DNA of 61,741 bases, the filler included, from Hausera hauseri (taxonomy: Eukaryota): assembly GCA_046269625.1 (NCBI GenBank). It is 11 parts of 11 records of this genome, joined end to end, with 100 filler letters (N's around TTAATTAATTAA, not from the genome) between each part and the next. Parts side by side here need not be neighbours in the genome. Positions count along the whole stretch, not along the records: positions 46,531 to 52,073 come from JBJURY010206745.1; positions 52,174 to 57,098 come from JBJURY010390035.1; positions 57,199 to 61,741 come from JBJURY010534120.1; 8 more parts are not named here. One strand, given 5' to 3'. The notes beneath the pieces are model-generated. The model saw only the letters and a program-made list of their open reading frames with translations, searched no databases and was not told the origin of the DNA. Shown piece after piece: positions 49,063 to 60,519 of the stretch (position 1 is its first letter; the number at the start of each line of letters is the position of its first letter). Made by a program: the position numbers and the translations under genes.

Positions 49063-52000
49063 TGTGGTGGACTCCTCACTTTCCACTATTCCGGTGGCAT
49101 CAGGTTAATTATTATTCCTGTTTGCTCACGCCTTTCGTTAATTCGCACGTTATTTGCAATTATAAAACAATAGTTTTGTAAAGACCGTCTTACGGCAAGA
49201 GAAGTGCGACGAAAAACGAAATGAGGCAGCTACTGACGACATCGGATCAAAAACGCCGCACCCGGTTTTACCCGGCCAAACTGAGCCACGGGACAAAAAT
49301 TTATGTTGGCACCACATCACTCCTCCCCTCCCGTGGCAAAGTGAAGACTGTAAAAGGAATAACAATGAAAGACAAAATCCGCGAAAGAGAAAATTGTTTC
49401 TATCCTACTCGGTTTTTGTGTAAACCAGATGTTGTACTTTGTCAAAATTTTGTTCTCTACTGTACTTACTGAAGGTAGTTATACGCATTTTTCTTGCGTA
49501 TTTTGAGTTTGCTTGCAGAGGTGTAAGTTGAGGAAAAAAGATATTTGAATTTACCGTTGGAGTTGTTTTAGTTGTAGAAGGTAAAAGTTGCGGAGGAAAG
49601 TCAGCCGAGGGTGAAGAAGATAGAAAAGGTGGAGAGGTGTGAAGAATTGAGGATTGGAGAGAGATTGGGCATTTGAAAAGAATTGAGGAGAGATATGAAG
49701 TGGAGTTGAGTCAGAAAAGGACGTGTTTGAAGAAGGTTAAATGTGTGAATGAGACTAAGAATTTGGAAAAGGTTAAAGAGAAAAATCTAAAGGAGATTTG
49801 TCTTTACGTGAAGGTCGTGTGTGGTTAGTTAAATTGGATGAGGGTGAAGTGGTGGCAAAGGAATCAAGAAAAGTACCAGGAGAGTTGGTGTTGGTTTGTG
49901 TATCTTCGGGAGAATCATCAACGAAAAAGGCTTGTTTTAGGTTTGTGATGTGCATAGTTTGTTTTTTACCACTTTTAAGAATGGTAGCTGTATGAGAGGA
50001 TAAAGATAAAAGTTTGAATGGTCCCACGTATTGTGGTTGGAAACCACAAGGTGAATGATTGCGAAGCCAGACAAACTTAGCGGTATACAAATCATTTGGC
50101 ACATTTGATTTGTTATAATTTATTATTTTGCAAAATGAGTCTTTGTTTAATGCAACGAAGTGATTTTGCACATCTCAAATTACCTCATCTGTTGGTTTAT
50201 CGCCGAAATCAGTCAATTCAAAAACTTCCCAAATAGGTGTCCAAAACAATGCTTTAGCTGGTGCACAACCATCGTGGTGGAGGCTGTGTTTTGCCAACCA
50301 AGGAGGACAAATGGTATGAGAGCTGTCCAGTTGCTGTATGATTCAGCAAGGATTTGATTGAGGTCTTCATTATGCAGTGAAATCTTACTAGTAAGCCATT
50401 AGCTTGGGAATATTATGGAGAAGTGAGTATGCGCTTGATCCCCAAGCGATTGATTAAGGATTTTTAAAAATTGACTCAAACTGTGGAGCTTGGTCCGTGA
50501 TTATGAAGCGAGGTGAGCCAAATATGCTAATTTAAGTTTTGATGAAAACCTCAGCGATTGTGTCCGTGTTAGTGGAGCGCAATGGAATGGCCTCTGGCCA
50601 TCGAGAAGCACAGTTCATTATGGTCAATATGAATTGATTGCCGTTATCTGGTCGAAGGGGGCCGACTAGGTAAATATGCACGAATTCAAAACGCAATGTA
50701 CAGGGGAAATGATAAAGGGGTGGCTTCAGATGTCTGTTAATTTTGAACTTCTGGCATGCCACCCACTCCATAATTTACGCCTGTACGTCTGATCTCCTTG
50801 ATGGCCATATAACGTTGCGTTGTAAGAGCTGAAAAGTTGCTTTAGCGCCCGGATGATGAAGATAATGCACGCTATGAAATGCAGTTCTCTGCAAAGACGG
50901 AGATAGTATAGGTGTGTGATTGCCGGGTTTAGAAGTGTCATAGGACACGCCGTCAATGACTTGGTGTGATTTAAAAGATTTAAACACATCCTGCATTGGC
51001 ACGTTTTGCTGAAGCACAGCTTGTGAAAAAATCGGCGTGACTTATATGATGTTAACTGATCTTGATAAAAAATCGGCAACTAGATTGTTAGTGCATGAAA
51101 TATGTACCATTTTGAAACTGAATGTGGATAAGTACGATATGTGACATTCCTGTCATGGTGAAGGGGCCTTCATATTCATAATGCTAAGCAGAGGTTTGTG
51201 GTCTGTTTGGATCGTAAAAGACCTGGCAAATAACAAATGCGATAAGTGTTTTAGAGCTAATGCTATAGCTAAGAGCCCTCTGTCGAAAGTTGAATAACGA
51301 CTTTCCCGTGTTGTAAGTTTCCGAGAATAAAATTCCAGAGGCTCGTTGACACCATTAGAAGTTTGATTCAGTATTGCGCCGACTGCTGTGGTAGAGGTGT
51401 CTGTGGTTAATATGATCTCTGTGCCAGGCTTGGGGTATGCTATAATTTCAACGGTTTTTAAACCATCACGTCAATGGTCGAATTGGTATACAAATTCAGG
51501 CGTCCAGTGAATTAACTGTTTCTTTTTCCAGATGATTGAAATGCAAAGGATGCGGTTAATTCGGAGCAATGTGGCACGTATTTATAAACAAAGTGGAGTG
51601 TACCAAGAAAAGAGAGCATTTCAGTCGTTGTACGTGGCAGCTGAATATTGTTAAGCTGAGTTATACGATCTAGTTGAGAAGATTGACCAGATTTGCTGAT
51701 AACATGACCAAGAAAGTTGATTCTCTGTTGGGAAAAGGAGCATTTTGCAAAGTTTACTTCGAGATTACTTTGGTGAAGGCGCGGAAAGTCTATGCGTAAA
51801 TGCTCAAAATGTTGTTTGGGAGACGACGAAACGATGAGGATATCGTCTATATATGGGAACGCAAAGTCTAAACCGTCGAGCATTGTATGTATGTGCCTTT
51901 GAAATGTTTGTGAGGAACTACAAAATCCGAATGGCATGAAAACATTTGAAAAAGCCGAAAGGTGTTTTTACAGCCGTTTTCGGTATGACCGCCGGCGAGA

Positions 52001-52073
52001 CAGGAATCTGATGGTAGGCTTTATGAAGATCGATGGATAAAAATATGGTGTTGCCATTGAGTCTGTGTAGGAT
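49063..52073 (-). mobile_element. Decayed Ty3/Gypsy element related to the contig-4 element, with 254-bp 3' LTR (49063-49316)
   Basis: MPFG..YIDD, RNase H, integrase. LTR termini TGTGGTG...CACCACA; PPT GGGAGGGGAGGA at 49321-49332. Confidence 0.92.
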
Positions 52074-52173
52074 NNNNNNNNNNNNNNNNNNNNNNNNNNN
52101 NNNNNNNNNNNNNNNNNTTAATTAATTAANNNNNNNNNNNNNNNNNNNNNNNNNNNNNNNNNNNNNNNNNNNN

Positions 52174-52829
52174 ATTTTTCAAGTAGCCTTACACCACATA
52201 AACGTTATGACTCTTTTACGACAACCATCTTCAATATTACAGCCACGTTGCCAACCTGAGCAAATCACTAGATTATTGCCTGAATTGCCAATGCCTGCAC
52301 TTTCAATAATACCTATACCAACCATTTTTTACAGTTCACCACTACCAATATCCTTACAAGAAGATTGGTTTCCTGTCCTCAATAAATGTCCAATTGACTT
52401 TATATCCGATCTAGCCCCCCCGACTTATGGGCAACATTACAATCGCTCTACTATGATCAACTTCCTACCTATGAATGCACTATATGCCTTACAGAAAGAA
52501 TAACAGTAGTTCAGTTTCAGTGCAACCATAAATTATGTGCAACATGTTTCAACAAACTTCGTTCTCAGACTGTCAAATCAATTTACCCGGAAGAAGCTCT
52601 CCAAATGACCTTCCAAAATGGCATTTCATGCCCATACTGCCGACAACCATCAGTCTACTACCACTTCTTCTATACCTAATACAACCGTACACAACGACTA
52701 TGCCATTGGATAAATCCAGTAAACGATGCGACACTGACAATCAGACCTAGAAATCTCAGCTTTATAAATGTCAGTACGCAGAGTGATCCGGAGGACCGAA
52801 TCCTTTTACAAAAGGGGGAGAAATGTTAG
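52174..52829 (+). pseudogene. End of the last internal ORF of retroelement copy 2, containing a C3HC4 RING and running through the PPT
   Basis: From 52476 CTIC..CNHKLCATC..CPYC; one TAA at 52677; same frame continues to STQSDPEDRILL, identical to the peptide at the start of contig 2. Confidence 0.75.
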
Positions 52830-55481
52830 GATAAATTACTATGGTATCGATATGGTATATGATCTGATTATCATTATTATGATATTGACAATAACCATTT
52901 AATTATGGTATCGATATGGTATATAATCTGACTATCATTATTATGATATTGACAATAACTATTTAATAATCGACTATGAAATGAACTATAACTGTTATAT
53001 CGTCGACTATGATTTTGATCGTTGCTTGAACTGTTTGAAACAATTGTCTGTTGTGATTATTGTAACTGAATAAATCATTTTCTTTCATCTTGGTTTCTTT
53101 GTTGAACCCCTTCTGATGGGTATCTTTAAATCACTGTCCATTGTACAGTAATTGTGAGCCAGATAATTAAAGCGGCAATATAAAAATTCAATTATAATTT
53201 CGAAGTGAATTTCAAAATAAGTAGACAGGAACAAACAACAGTAATATCAATATTTAAGGGTAGTTGTAAAGTGGATTCAATTTATAGAATAAATAAAATC
53301 GTTGCAGAAATAAACATAGAGCAATTTGCAAAATTACAAAATCGTTGCAGAATAGATTTTAAATAAACAAAAAAAGCAATTTACGAATGTTTATAAGCAC
53401 AAACATAAATCAATTTGCAAAAATGAGATTCGGTGGCATGTGATTTCAACAAATAGATTTTAATTAACAAAATTGAGGAGAAACTGGTATAAATACCAGT
53501 CAAAAAACAGAACAACAACAACACCAAAATTTTCTTATTGCTAGCATATAGTTGTTGACCGGTACATCGTGAAGAAGCCAAGTAGTAAGTTTACTACTGT
53601 TTAATGTTCATTTTGTATTAAAAGAAGGTAAATAAAATATATAAAGTATCTGCAGTACATTGAATCATATATTGTGAACGTGGAAGAATTTGGAAACAAA
53701 GTAACCCAAGATTTACAAATTATCAAAACACACATCGTTCATTTGAGGAAATTGAAATTTAACGATTGGATATCTTTCATTTGAAACGAACATTCTTACA
53801 TTATTCGTTATAATTACAAATAGTAATCGCTATATGGCAGAACAAAATACCCATGCTAATCCGATAAACCAACCGGAATCATCAGATTAATATTGTTTAA
53901 ATCGAGTATATACATTGTTATTATGCAATTTATCATAATTAAATAAAAGGGGTTACTGAGATGTATGCAAATGTATTTAATTGTTTTTATGAATAAAAAT
54001 TTTCCATAAATAAATGAATTCTCTTATAATTATTAAATTACCGTATAACGATTAATTTAGAATCAACGAGAAAAATACAAATTGTTCTTAATAGTGTGAG
54101 CTACCAAATCAAGTCTAGCTGAATGCGATAAACGAATCCATCGACGGATAAAAATGGAGCTATTGATGATGGAAACATAAATTCGAAGTTACCTGAGAAC
54201 GTGGAAAAATGTCAATTGCCGTAACCAACGTAACACCGCCCTTCGAGTGAAGATATTGTTATTTACCTGCGACTGATTGAAATTCGGTTTTACGAATTAA
54301 TATCGAAGATTAAATTGTCTATTCTTAACTAGCGCCTATAAAATATTTCATTGAATTCATCTTGATAATTGATGTGGTATATGATCCGACGGATCCATAA
54401 GATAATAATGTTGAATAAGAAAGAGAACAGGCGACAAATTAAAGATATTTATTTCATTACATAGTAACATAATAGTAGCAGTACTATAATCATATCAGAG
54501 ATGAAAAGTGTTACTTGTGGGCATAACGTGAGTTCAAGCGTGTTTAAGGGAAGTTACGCTCGATGTGTGTAGACATTTGATGGGTACAGTTCCAATATAT
54601 GTTTATGGGATTATTATTGCTTATAATGACGATTGTTAAATTAAGGAAAGAAACTTCTGATCTTATATTTTGGAATAGTCAAAGAAGATTGATGATACAG
54701 CAGGAAACTGGCAATACTCTTGAATAGTAAGGAACTTCACACGAGGAAACGTAAAAATGAGTATCCTTCAACCTAGCCTATATATATTTTATTATGGTAA
54801 TTGTAAAAAATCACCACCATTGATATGTTTAAAGGGAGAGAGTTGTAAAAAGGGGATATACCCAGATCAATGAATTGAATCATTGGTGTAACTTGGAAGG
54901 AGTCGTATATTGCAAAAGATAGATACATAGTCGAAGATACTTATAAATATAAACTACAAAAATATGACAATAAGGAGGGTATGAATTATCCTTATTAAGA
55001 TTGTCCCTTATAAATATATTGACCTATACTAAAGTTTGAAATCGAGTAGAATTCTTAAGACTTTAACTCACGTTTACATTTTCACGTCATAGACATATAT
55101 ACTTCCACTTAGTGTTTTATATTGGTATTAATATTTCACTAATCAATTACTTACTTGTTTTGTTTGTATATTTAATATGGATATCTTAAGTTATAAGTAT
55201 CTTCGTCCTCCGTCAACCCATCAAAACATTCACGTTTGTTTTAACCATACCTAGTTTATGAATCTTGAACAGATAACTAATAAAGGGAGTTTTATTGTGG
55301 TAACATCATTATTGAGATCAACGAATTAGTAAATATCAGATGGAAAGAGGCATAAATATACTACAACCCATGAAATCCCGGAAGAAAACCCGAGTCGCCC
55401 CTAGTTATATTTTCGAGGCTATCTTTTATATGTTGGCACATATTAAAGGTCAACTATTTATCTTTGACCCCTGTGCGAACA
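52824..55481 (+). mobile_element. Putative giant LTR (2658 bp), copy 2
   Basis: PPT AAAAGGGGGAGAAA 52810-52823, TGTT start, AACA end 7 nt before the PBS; approximately 63-bp tandem duplication 52841-52967; TATAAATA 53488. Confidence 0.72.
53834..53885 (+). CDS. Leader exon counterpart, 17 codons + 1 nt (MAEQNTHANPINQPESS), donor degenerate
   Basis: Same length, MA start and ES-containing Ser-ending tail as 12852-12903; preceded by acceptor aaatag (53823); followed by ATTAAT instead of GT. Confidence 0.55.
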
Positions 55482-55488
55482 TATAGAC

Positions 55489-55503
55489 TGGTGCCCCGAG
55501 TGA
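55489..55503 (+). other. Primer-binding site (tRNA-Met), copy 2
   Basis: TGGTGCCCCGAGTGA, identical to 15097-15111. Confidence 0.8.
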
Positions 55504-55543
55504 ATAATTTTAGGAGAAATTTTACTTGAATTTTGAAATTTAG

Positions 55544-55833
55544 ACACAAGATATTCACCAGTACAATGCGAGATTTGCTTCGGACCACTAAGCCGGCACT
55601 ACGCACTATTGCGGTGCACACACATTATGTGTGTCAATTGTGCGGACCGTTGGCTAATGAGGAGCCAGACGTGTCCCTTCTGTCGAAAGAAGACAAGTTC
55701 ACATCAGTGTCGAGGGACTACCGTAGTGGTGATCCCAGACGAAGAGGAAAAGGAAGAAGGAATCGAAGTGGAGGGAGATCCAAATGACTTGTATGTATTT
55801 GGACCCAAAGGGCTGGTTTATATGCCCCTATGA
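55544..55833 (+). CDS. Cassette A homolog: RING terminal exon
   Basis: atttag| phase 1; CEIC..YALLRCTHIMCVNCAD..SQTCPFCR..DLYVFGPKGLVYMPL*; AATAAA 55843. Confidence 0.9.
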
Positions 55834-56033
55834 TAGTCGATTAATAAATGTTGTGAGCTGACTTGGAATATTAATGTTAGAATAGAGAAATAATTGAAAA
55901 AAAAGAAAAACTAATTGAATAACGCAAGTAAAAGAAAAAGAATAATTGCTTGAATATCAAATTAGTAAATGGTAACAAGAACATAAAAAATTAAACAGAA
56001 TTGGATAATTGGATTTAATTATGTTGCTTTTAG

Positions 56034-56254
56034 GATGTGTTATATGCTGGAAATTCCCTGATAAGGAAAAATTCTGCCCATTGTGTAAATTCATCGAAGA
56101 AATGGAACAGAAAGATCATCAGTTTCAATGTAGTGGTTGTGGACAGGAAGTCAAGCTGGAAGTAGCTACAATGAATGAGGAGTACTACTTATTATGCCCC
56201 ATGTGCACATTGAAGGAGGACGACTTAAATGAAATTAATAAATTAATTGATTGA
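56034..56254 (+). CDS. Cassette B homolog: four-CxxC protein terminal exon
   Basis: ttttag| phase 1; GCVIC..CPLCKFIE..CSGC..LLCPMC; AATAAA 56237 within the last codons. Confidence 0.85.
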
Positions 56255-56315
56255 TTTTAATATCTAACAAAAAATGATCATTGATGTTGGTAAGGTTTAG
56301 TTTTATAAATTGTAG

Positions 56316-56722
56316 ATACCTGTCCCATCTGTCTTGAGGGAATAACAAACGATATAACAACATTACCATGTGGACACGTATATTGCAAACTTTGTATCGA
56401 CACTTGGTTAAACGAACAAAGTAATTGTCCTTGCTGTCGACGAACCTGCACATTTTGTTGGGTGTGCCTTAAATTGGTGGCGGATAGTCTGGTTATTCTA
56501 CCATGTCGTCATGTGTTTTGTCAATCGTGCATACTGGAGTATTTAGGATTTTGTCAACTGTGCCCTTACTGTCTCGAATCAGTAGACTTTTATACTGCGG
56601 AGGGAACGACCACATATCTGAATATCGATGGTCGACCATCTGTAGTGTTGATGGTCGATGAAAACGACGGTAGTTGTTCTGAGCAGTGGAGAAATCCACA
56701 ACTAAATATATTTTTAGATTAA
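56316..56722 (+). CDS. Cassette C homolog: double RING terminal exon
   Basis: ttgtag| phase 1; CPICLE..LPCGHVYCKLCIDTW..CPCCRR then a second RING; in-frame TAA at 56306 and no ATG before either RING; AATAAA 56728. Confidence 0.9.
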
Positions 56723-56767
56723 TTGTTAATAAAATTAATTACAAGTCGTTTATTTTGACTTATTAAG

Positions 56768-57078
56768 GACTTCCCCTCGGGATGAATAGAAGGAACATGT
56801 TGGATTACGGATTTTCAACATTTTGTTACACTACAACAGCAGATAACAGTTATTCCATATATGATCCAAAAGGAACCTTTACTTACTTGGGAAAAGAGTG
56901 CGCCATTTGTTTGAGCGAATGCTCAATGGATCCGATAGAATTAACTATATGCAAACATCAATTCTGCCGACAATGCATTAAAGGGTGGTTTGCAGTCGAG
57001 ACTTCATGTCCAAAATGTCGCACTAACAATACATTATTTAGATATAAAAATGCTTATTATACTGTAAAGAATTTATAA
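56768..57078 (+). CDS. Cassette D homolog: RING terminal exon
   Basis: attaag| phase 1; YSIYDPKG..GKECAICL..CKHQFCRQCIK.WF..CPKCR..YYTVKNL*; AATAAA overlaps stop. Confidence 0.9.
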
Positions 57079-57198
57079 ATAAATGTTTATGTAAATTTNN
57101 NNNNNNNNNNNNNNNNNNNNNNNNNNNNNNNNNNNNNNNNNNTTAATTAATTAANNNNNNNNNNNNNNNNNNNNNNNNNNNNNNNNNNNNNNNNNNNN

Positions 57199-57251
57199 CC
57201 ACTACCACTAGGTCCAACTATCTGGAATACTGCATTATTATTAAGTTCCAT
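57199..57251 (-). CDS. N-terminus of a P-loop ATPase, probably the Polinton A32-like packaging ATPase (truncated)
   Basis: MELNNNAVFQIVGPSGSG: the start of a Walker A motif near the N-terminus; PolB on the same contig. Confidence 0.65.
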
Positions 57252-57301
57252 TATTAATTACATGTGTGTATATCAGTTATGTTTATAACAACAAACATTT
57301 A

Positions 57302-57553
57302 TTAACGCACAAAACGTGATAAAAATATAACAAGTGCTCCTGTAAGAATTCTACATCCAAGCAATACATTTCTCTGTCTTTTTTTAAGTTCATGTTTAAT
57401 GTCTCTTATACATATTGTTCGGACTACAAGTTCTATGTATTCTTGCTTTGTTATGGTCTGATACCGTTCTAATGCTTTCATGAATTGAATATAATCAATT
57501 TTCCCATCACATATCTCATACGTAAGTTGTTTAATTTCAGCTTCTAAGTCCAT
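57302..57553 (-). CDS. Hypothetical 83-aa protein with hydrophobic C-terminus
   Basis: ATG ORF with AATAAA overlapping the stop; compact virus-like packing. Confidence 0.55.
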   Translation of the reverse strand: MDLEAEIKQLTYEICDGKIDYIQFMKALERYQTITKQEYIELVVRTICIRDIKHELKKRQRNVLLGCRILTGALVIFLSRFVR

Positions 57554-57619
57554 TTTTAAAACTATGTATTTAACGTATGTTTATCAAAAAGTGAAGAATA
57601 ACGATAACAAGATTTATTA

Positions 57620-58294
57620 ACATAACATTTAGCAACATTTAATTTCAATAATTTTCCAAATGGGTTAAATTTCCCCGTTTTTTTCTTTTAATCCTTGGAC
57701 ATACACTTTAATATATGCCATTGTATATTGGGATAAATCTATTGTCTTTATGTCACAGCCCATAAAATCTTTGAATTTTACGGCGTCTGACCGAAAATAA
57801 TACTATCTCTCATTATTTAACTTATCAGCGCTTATTCAAAATGCCTGAAATTCTGCAAACAGTTTGTTGTAGTTGTTATCCGTAATGGCTTCAACATGGT
57901 ATCCAAACTGAGACTGTCGAATACATACCGGAACCTGTAGTTTAATTGTTCTCTTACATTTTAGGAAACTCATCTGGTATCCCATATAGGTTCTTGGAGC
58001 CCCCATTTGTGCCATTTTCATTTGAGCAATCTTCAACTCTAGGCTTTCGAACTATTAGTTGGATGTCATGGGCTTCACACTTACCATTCTGATCCCATCA
58101 TTTCCATAAGGATATGTAATATCCAATTGCTCGTTCAGCTTTACCATGCATTCGATCAGATATTCTGTCTTTCTCTTACCGCTTAGAAAGCTTAGCATGT
58201 CATCAATAGCTCGATCAAGTGATACATCAGTATTTTCAATGTTGAAATTCTAAAAATAGATAAAGACAGGAGAGGAGCACAAAAAGCTCACCAT
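57620..58294 (-). pseudogene. Disrupted hypothetical gene of the Polinton-like element
   Basis: ATG|gtgagc, 42-nt intron 58250-58291, then a protein-like frame NFNIENTDVSLDRAIDDML... with stops and a frameshift. Confidence 0.4.
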
Positions 58295-58449
58295 TCTTCG
58301 AAAAGATTTTTGAAATAATGAAAAATATAACCATGTCAACGCGCACTGTCTTGCACCGACCAAACAGATTTGTCCAATTTAAATGATCCAATCAGATTTG
58401 CCCAATTTGAATTTGACAAGTCAGCTAGAAACGTACCTTTCATTTTTAC

Positions 58450-58880
58450 AAATATTCTGAGCAACACCAACTACAGAGGCTTCACTACAGTTCCCTTGGA
58501 TGAATTCATATTCGGATGTAGATCTAAACAGTGTGTTTTACAATACCCAGAATATACGATTATATTATTCCTCAGTGGAAAATGGCGAATAATGGGATGT
58601 AAGAAACCCATTGATCCATGCCGTTTGCCCTACAATATATCAATTGTAGGAATACAATCAATTACAGTGATATGTAATTTTGGCGAGCCAATAGATCTAA
58701 ACACATTGGCTCAGAATAATCCAAGTCTGTATGAACCAGAATTATTTCTTGCCCTTAGATTGACTTGCTATAATCCTCTATGTGTAAATGTGTTTCATAC
58801 GGGTAAATTGTTATTACCGGTTTGAAGGTTTTGAATTATAGTGATTTTGTTAGTTGTGTTTTAGGTAATATATTATTATC
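58450..58880 (+). pseudogene. TATA-binding-protein-like gene, 1-nt frameshift near 58809
   Basis: Two TBP half-repeats: TIILFLSGKWRIMG and IDLNTLA..YEPELFLAL..NPLCVNVFHTGK/(shift)VITG; start codon not identified. Confidence 0.8.
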
Positions 58881-58974
58881 GACTTATGTCTCTTTTCAAA
58901 AACGCAACACTTGTGTATACAACAACAACTTTATTAACATGACAACAATAACAACCTATACCACCTGCACATGA

Positions 58975-59205
58975 TCAATCCTGTATATCACCCTCCTCTT
59001 CTTCTTTTTCTTCTTCGATAATATCGATTTTAATTTCGTCATCGCCACATTCATTGTGTCGACAATCTTTGCAGCAGTCCTCGAACAATTCAGTATCTTC
59101 AATCTGATTAGCTGCATCCAATTGAGTACATGTATATTCTGTAACATCTTCTTCAAAGTATTTATCATTCTGTTTGCTCATATAAGCTATTGGTTTCTTG
59201 TCCAT
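58975..59205 (-). CDS. Small acidic hypothetical protein
   Basis: 76-aa ATG ORF, Asp/Glu-rich, AATAAA downstream on the minus strand. Confidence 0.4.
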   Translation of the reverse strand: MDKKPIAYMSKQNDKYFEEDVTEYTCTQLDAANQIEDTELFEDCCKDCRHNECGDDEIKIDIIEEEKEEEEGDIQD

Positions 59206-59299
59206 TATGTAGGTCGTGTTCTATATTTAGCAATTGTTTATACACTAAATTTTAATGCACTTTTGTTTTAATGCATCAATTAAATTAAGTACATAACGG

Positions 59300-60425
59300 C
59301 GCCAACTTCAAATAGGTTTTCCTATATGGGAAATCAAATGATGTCATTAGATTCTTCGGATAATGCACGCTTGACCGAGTTTTTGAGTTCGAATATCTAA
59401 ATATTCAACTTGTAAGTTCGAATTCGAATATCTAACATCGTATTCCGATTCGGAATACATGACTTCCCGTCCCGCCCCGCTTACAGTTTTATTGATTTCC
59501 GCTTCAGTGTGCTTTAAATGCACATTTTGTTTAATTCGAAATATTGATTTTGTATCTATATAGTACATTTTCATACAATAATTTCTATGTGTCAGGGGGT
59601 TTTCGAATATGCGGAATCGATTGCCGTTGTTAGATTTTTTGAATAGCTCGATATTCGATATCCTATCCAAAAATATTCGAATTTCTAATATCTGACTCGA
59701 AATTCGAGATGGCCATATTCGACTTCCTATTTGTCCTCGCCAATTATAATATCGAATTTTGCTGCCTCAGGGCCTAAAATTCCTATGGGAAGTCTGCCTC
59801 AGTTGCTCTTTAGATTGATATTATTCGAAAACTGATCGATAAATTTAAATTCTGACTGCACTTTCATATAGTGCACTGTATTTCCAATCGATTGCACCCG
59901 GTCACATGTTTTAATCATTAATATTGGAAATATCGGAAATCCGATATTATTGATTTTCGCACACTTGCAAATGTGATTTTGCACTGCATAGAATATATCA
60001 AGGTGCATCTTAATGTACTCTATCAACCTGCACTTGACCCGATCGATTCCATCAATCCTACGCTTCACAGTGACAAATACGTGAAAAGTGAAGAAGTGCC
60101 TTGGCAACCGTATCAAAGAGCACACCTGACTCGATTGCTGCACTGATCGATATTACATCAAGTTGTCTGCCCGCCAGTATATGTGCCATATTGATATTAT
60201 TGATTTTCAATTTATAGCGGAAGGGCCTATGAGAAGTCTACCCCAGTTGGCAATTATTCGAAGACCAATCAATATATTTAAATTCTAACTGCACCTTGGC
60301 ACAGTCCATCATGTGTGCTTTCGATTGCACCCTGTGCCGTGCCTTAATAATCAATATTTGGAATATCGGAAATCGGATATTATTGATTTTTGAACACTTG
60401 CACATGTGCTTCACACCTGCACTGT
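59300..60425. repeat. Repeat-rich insertion: TCGAAT/ATTCGA palindromes and a diverged approximately 200-bp direct repeat
   Basis: 59771-59990 resembles 60223-60423 (aatatcggaaatc.gatattattgattt shared); lies where the PolB frame breaks off. Confidence 0.7.
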
Positions 60426-60519
60426 TTTCAGTGAAGCTGGCAAAAACTACCGTGTGCAGAAATTTATCAGTAACTGATTTTTTACCTGAACAGTGGATCA
60501 TTGCATTCATTGCTAGAAA

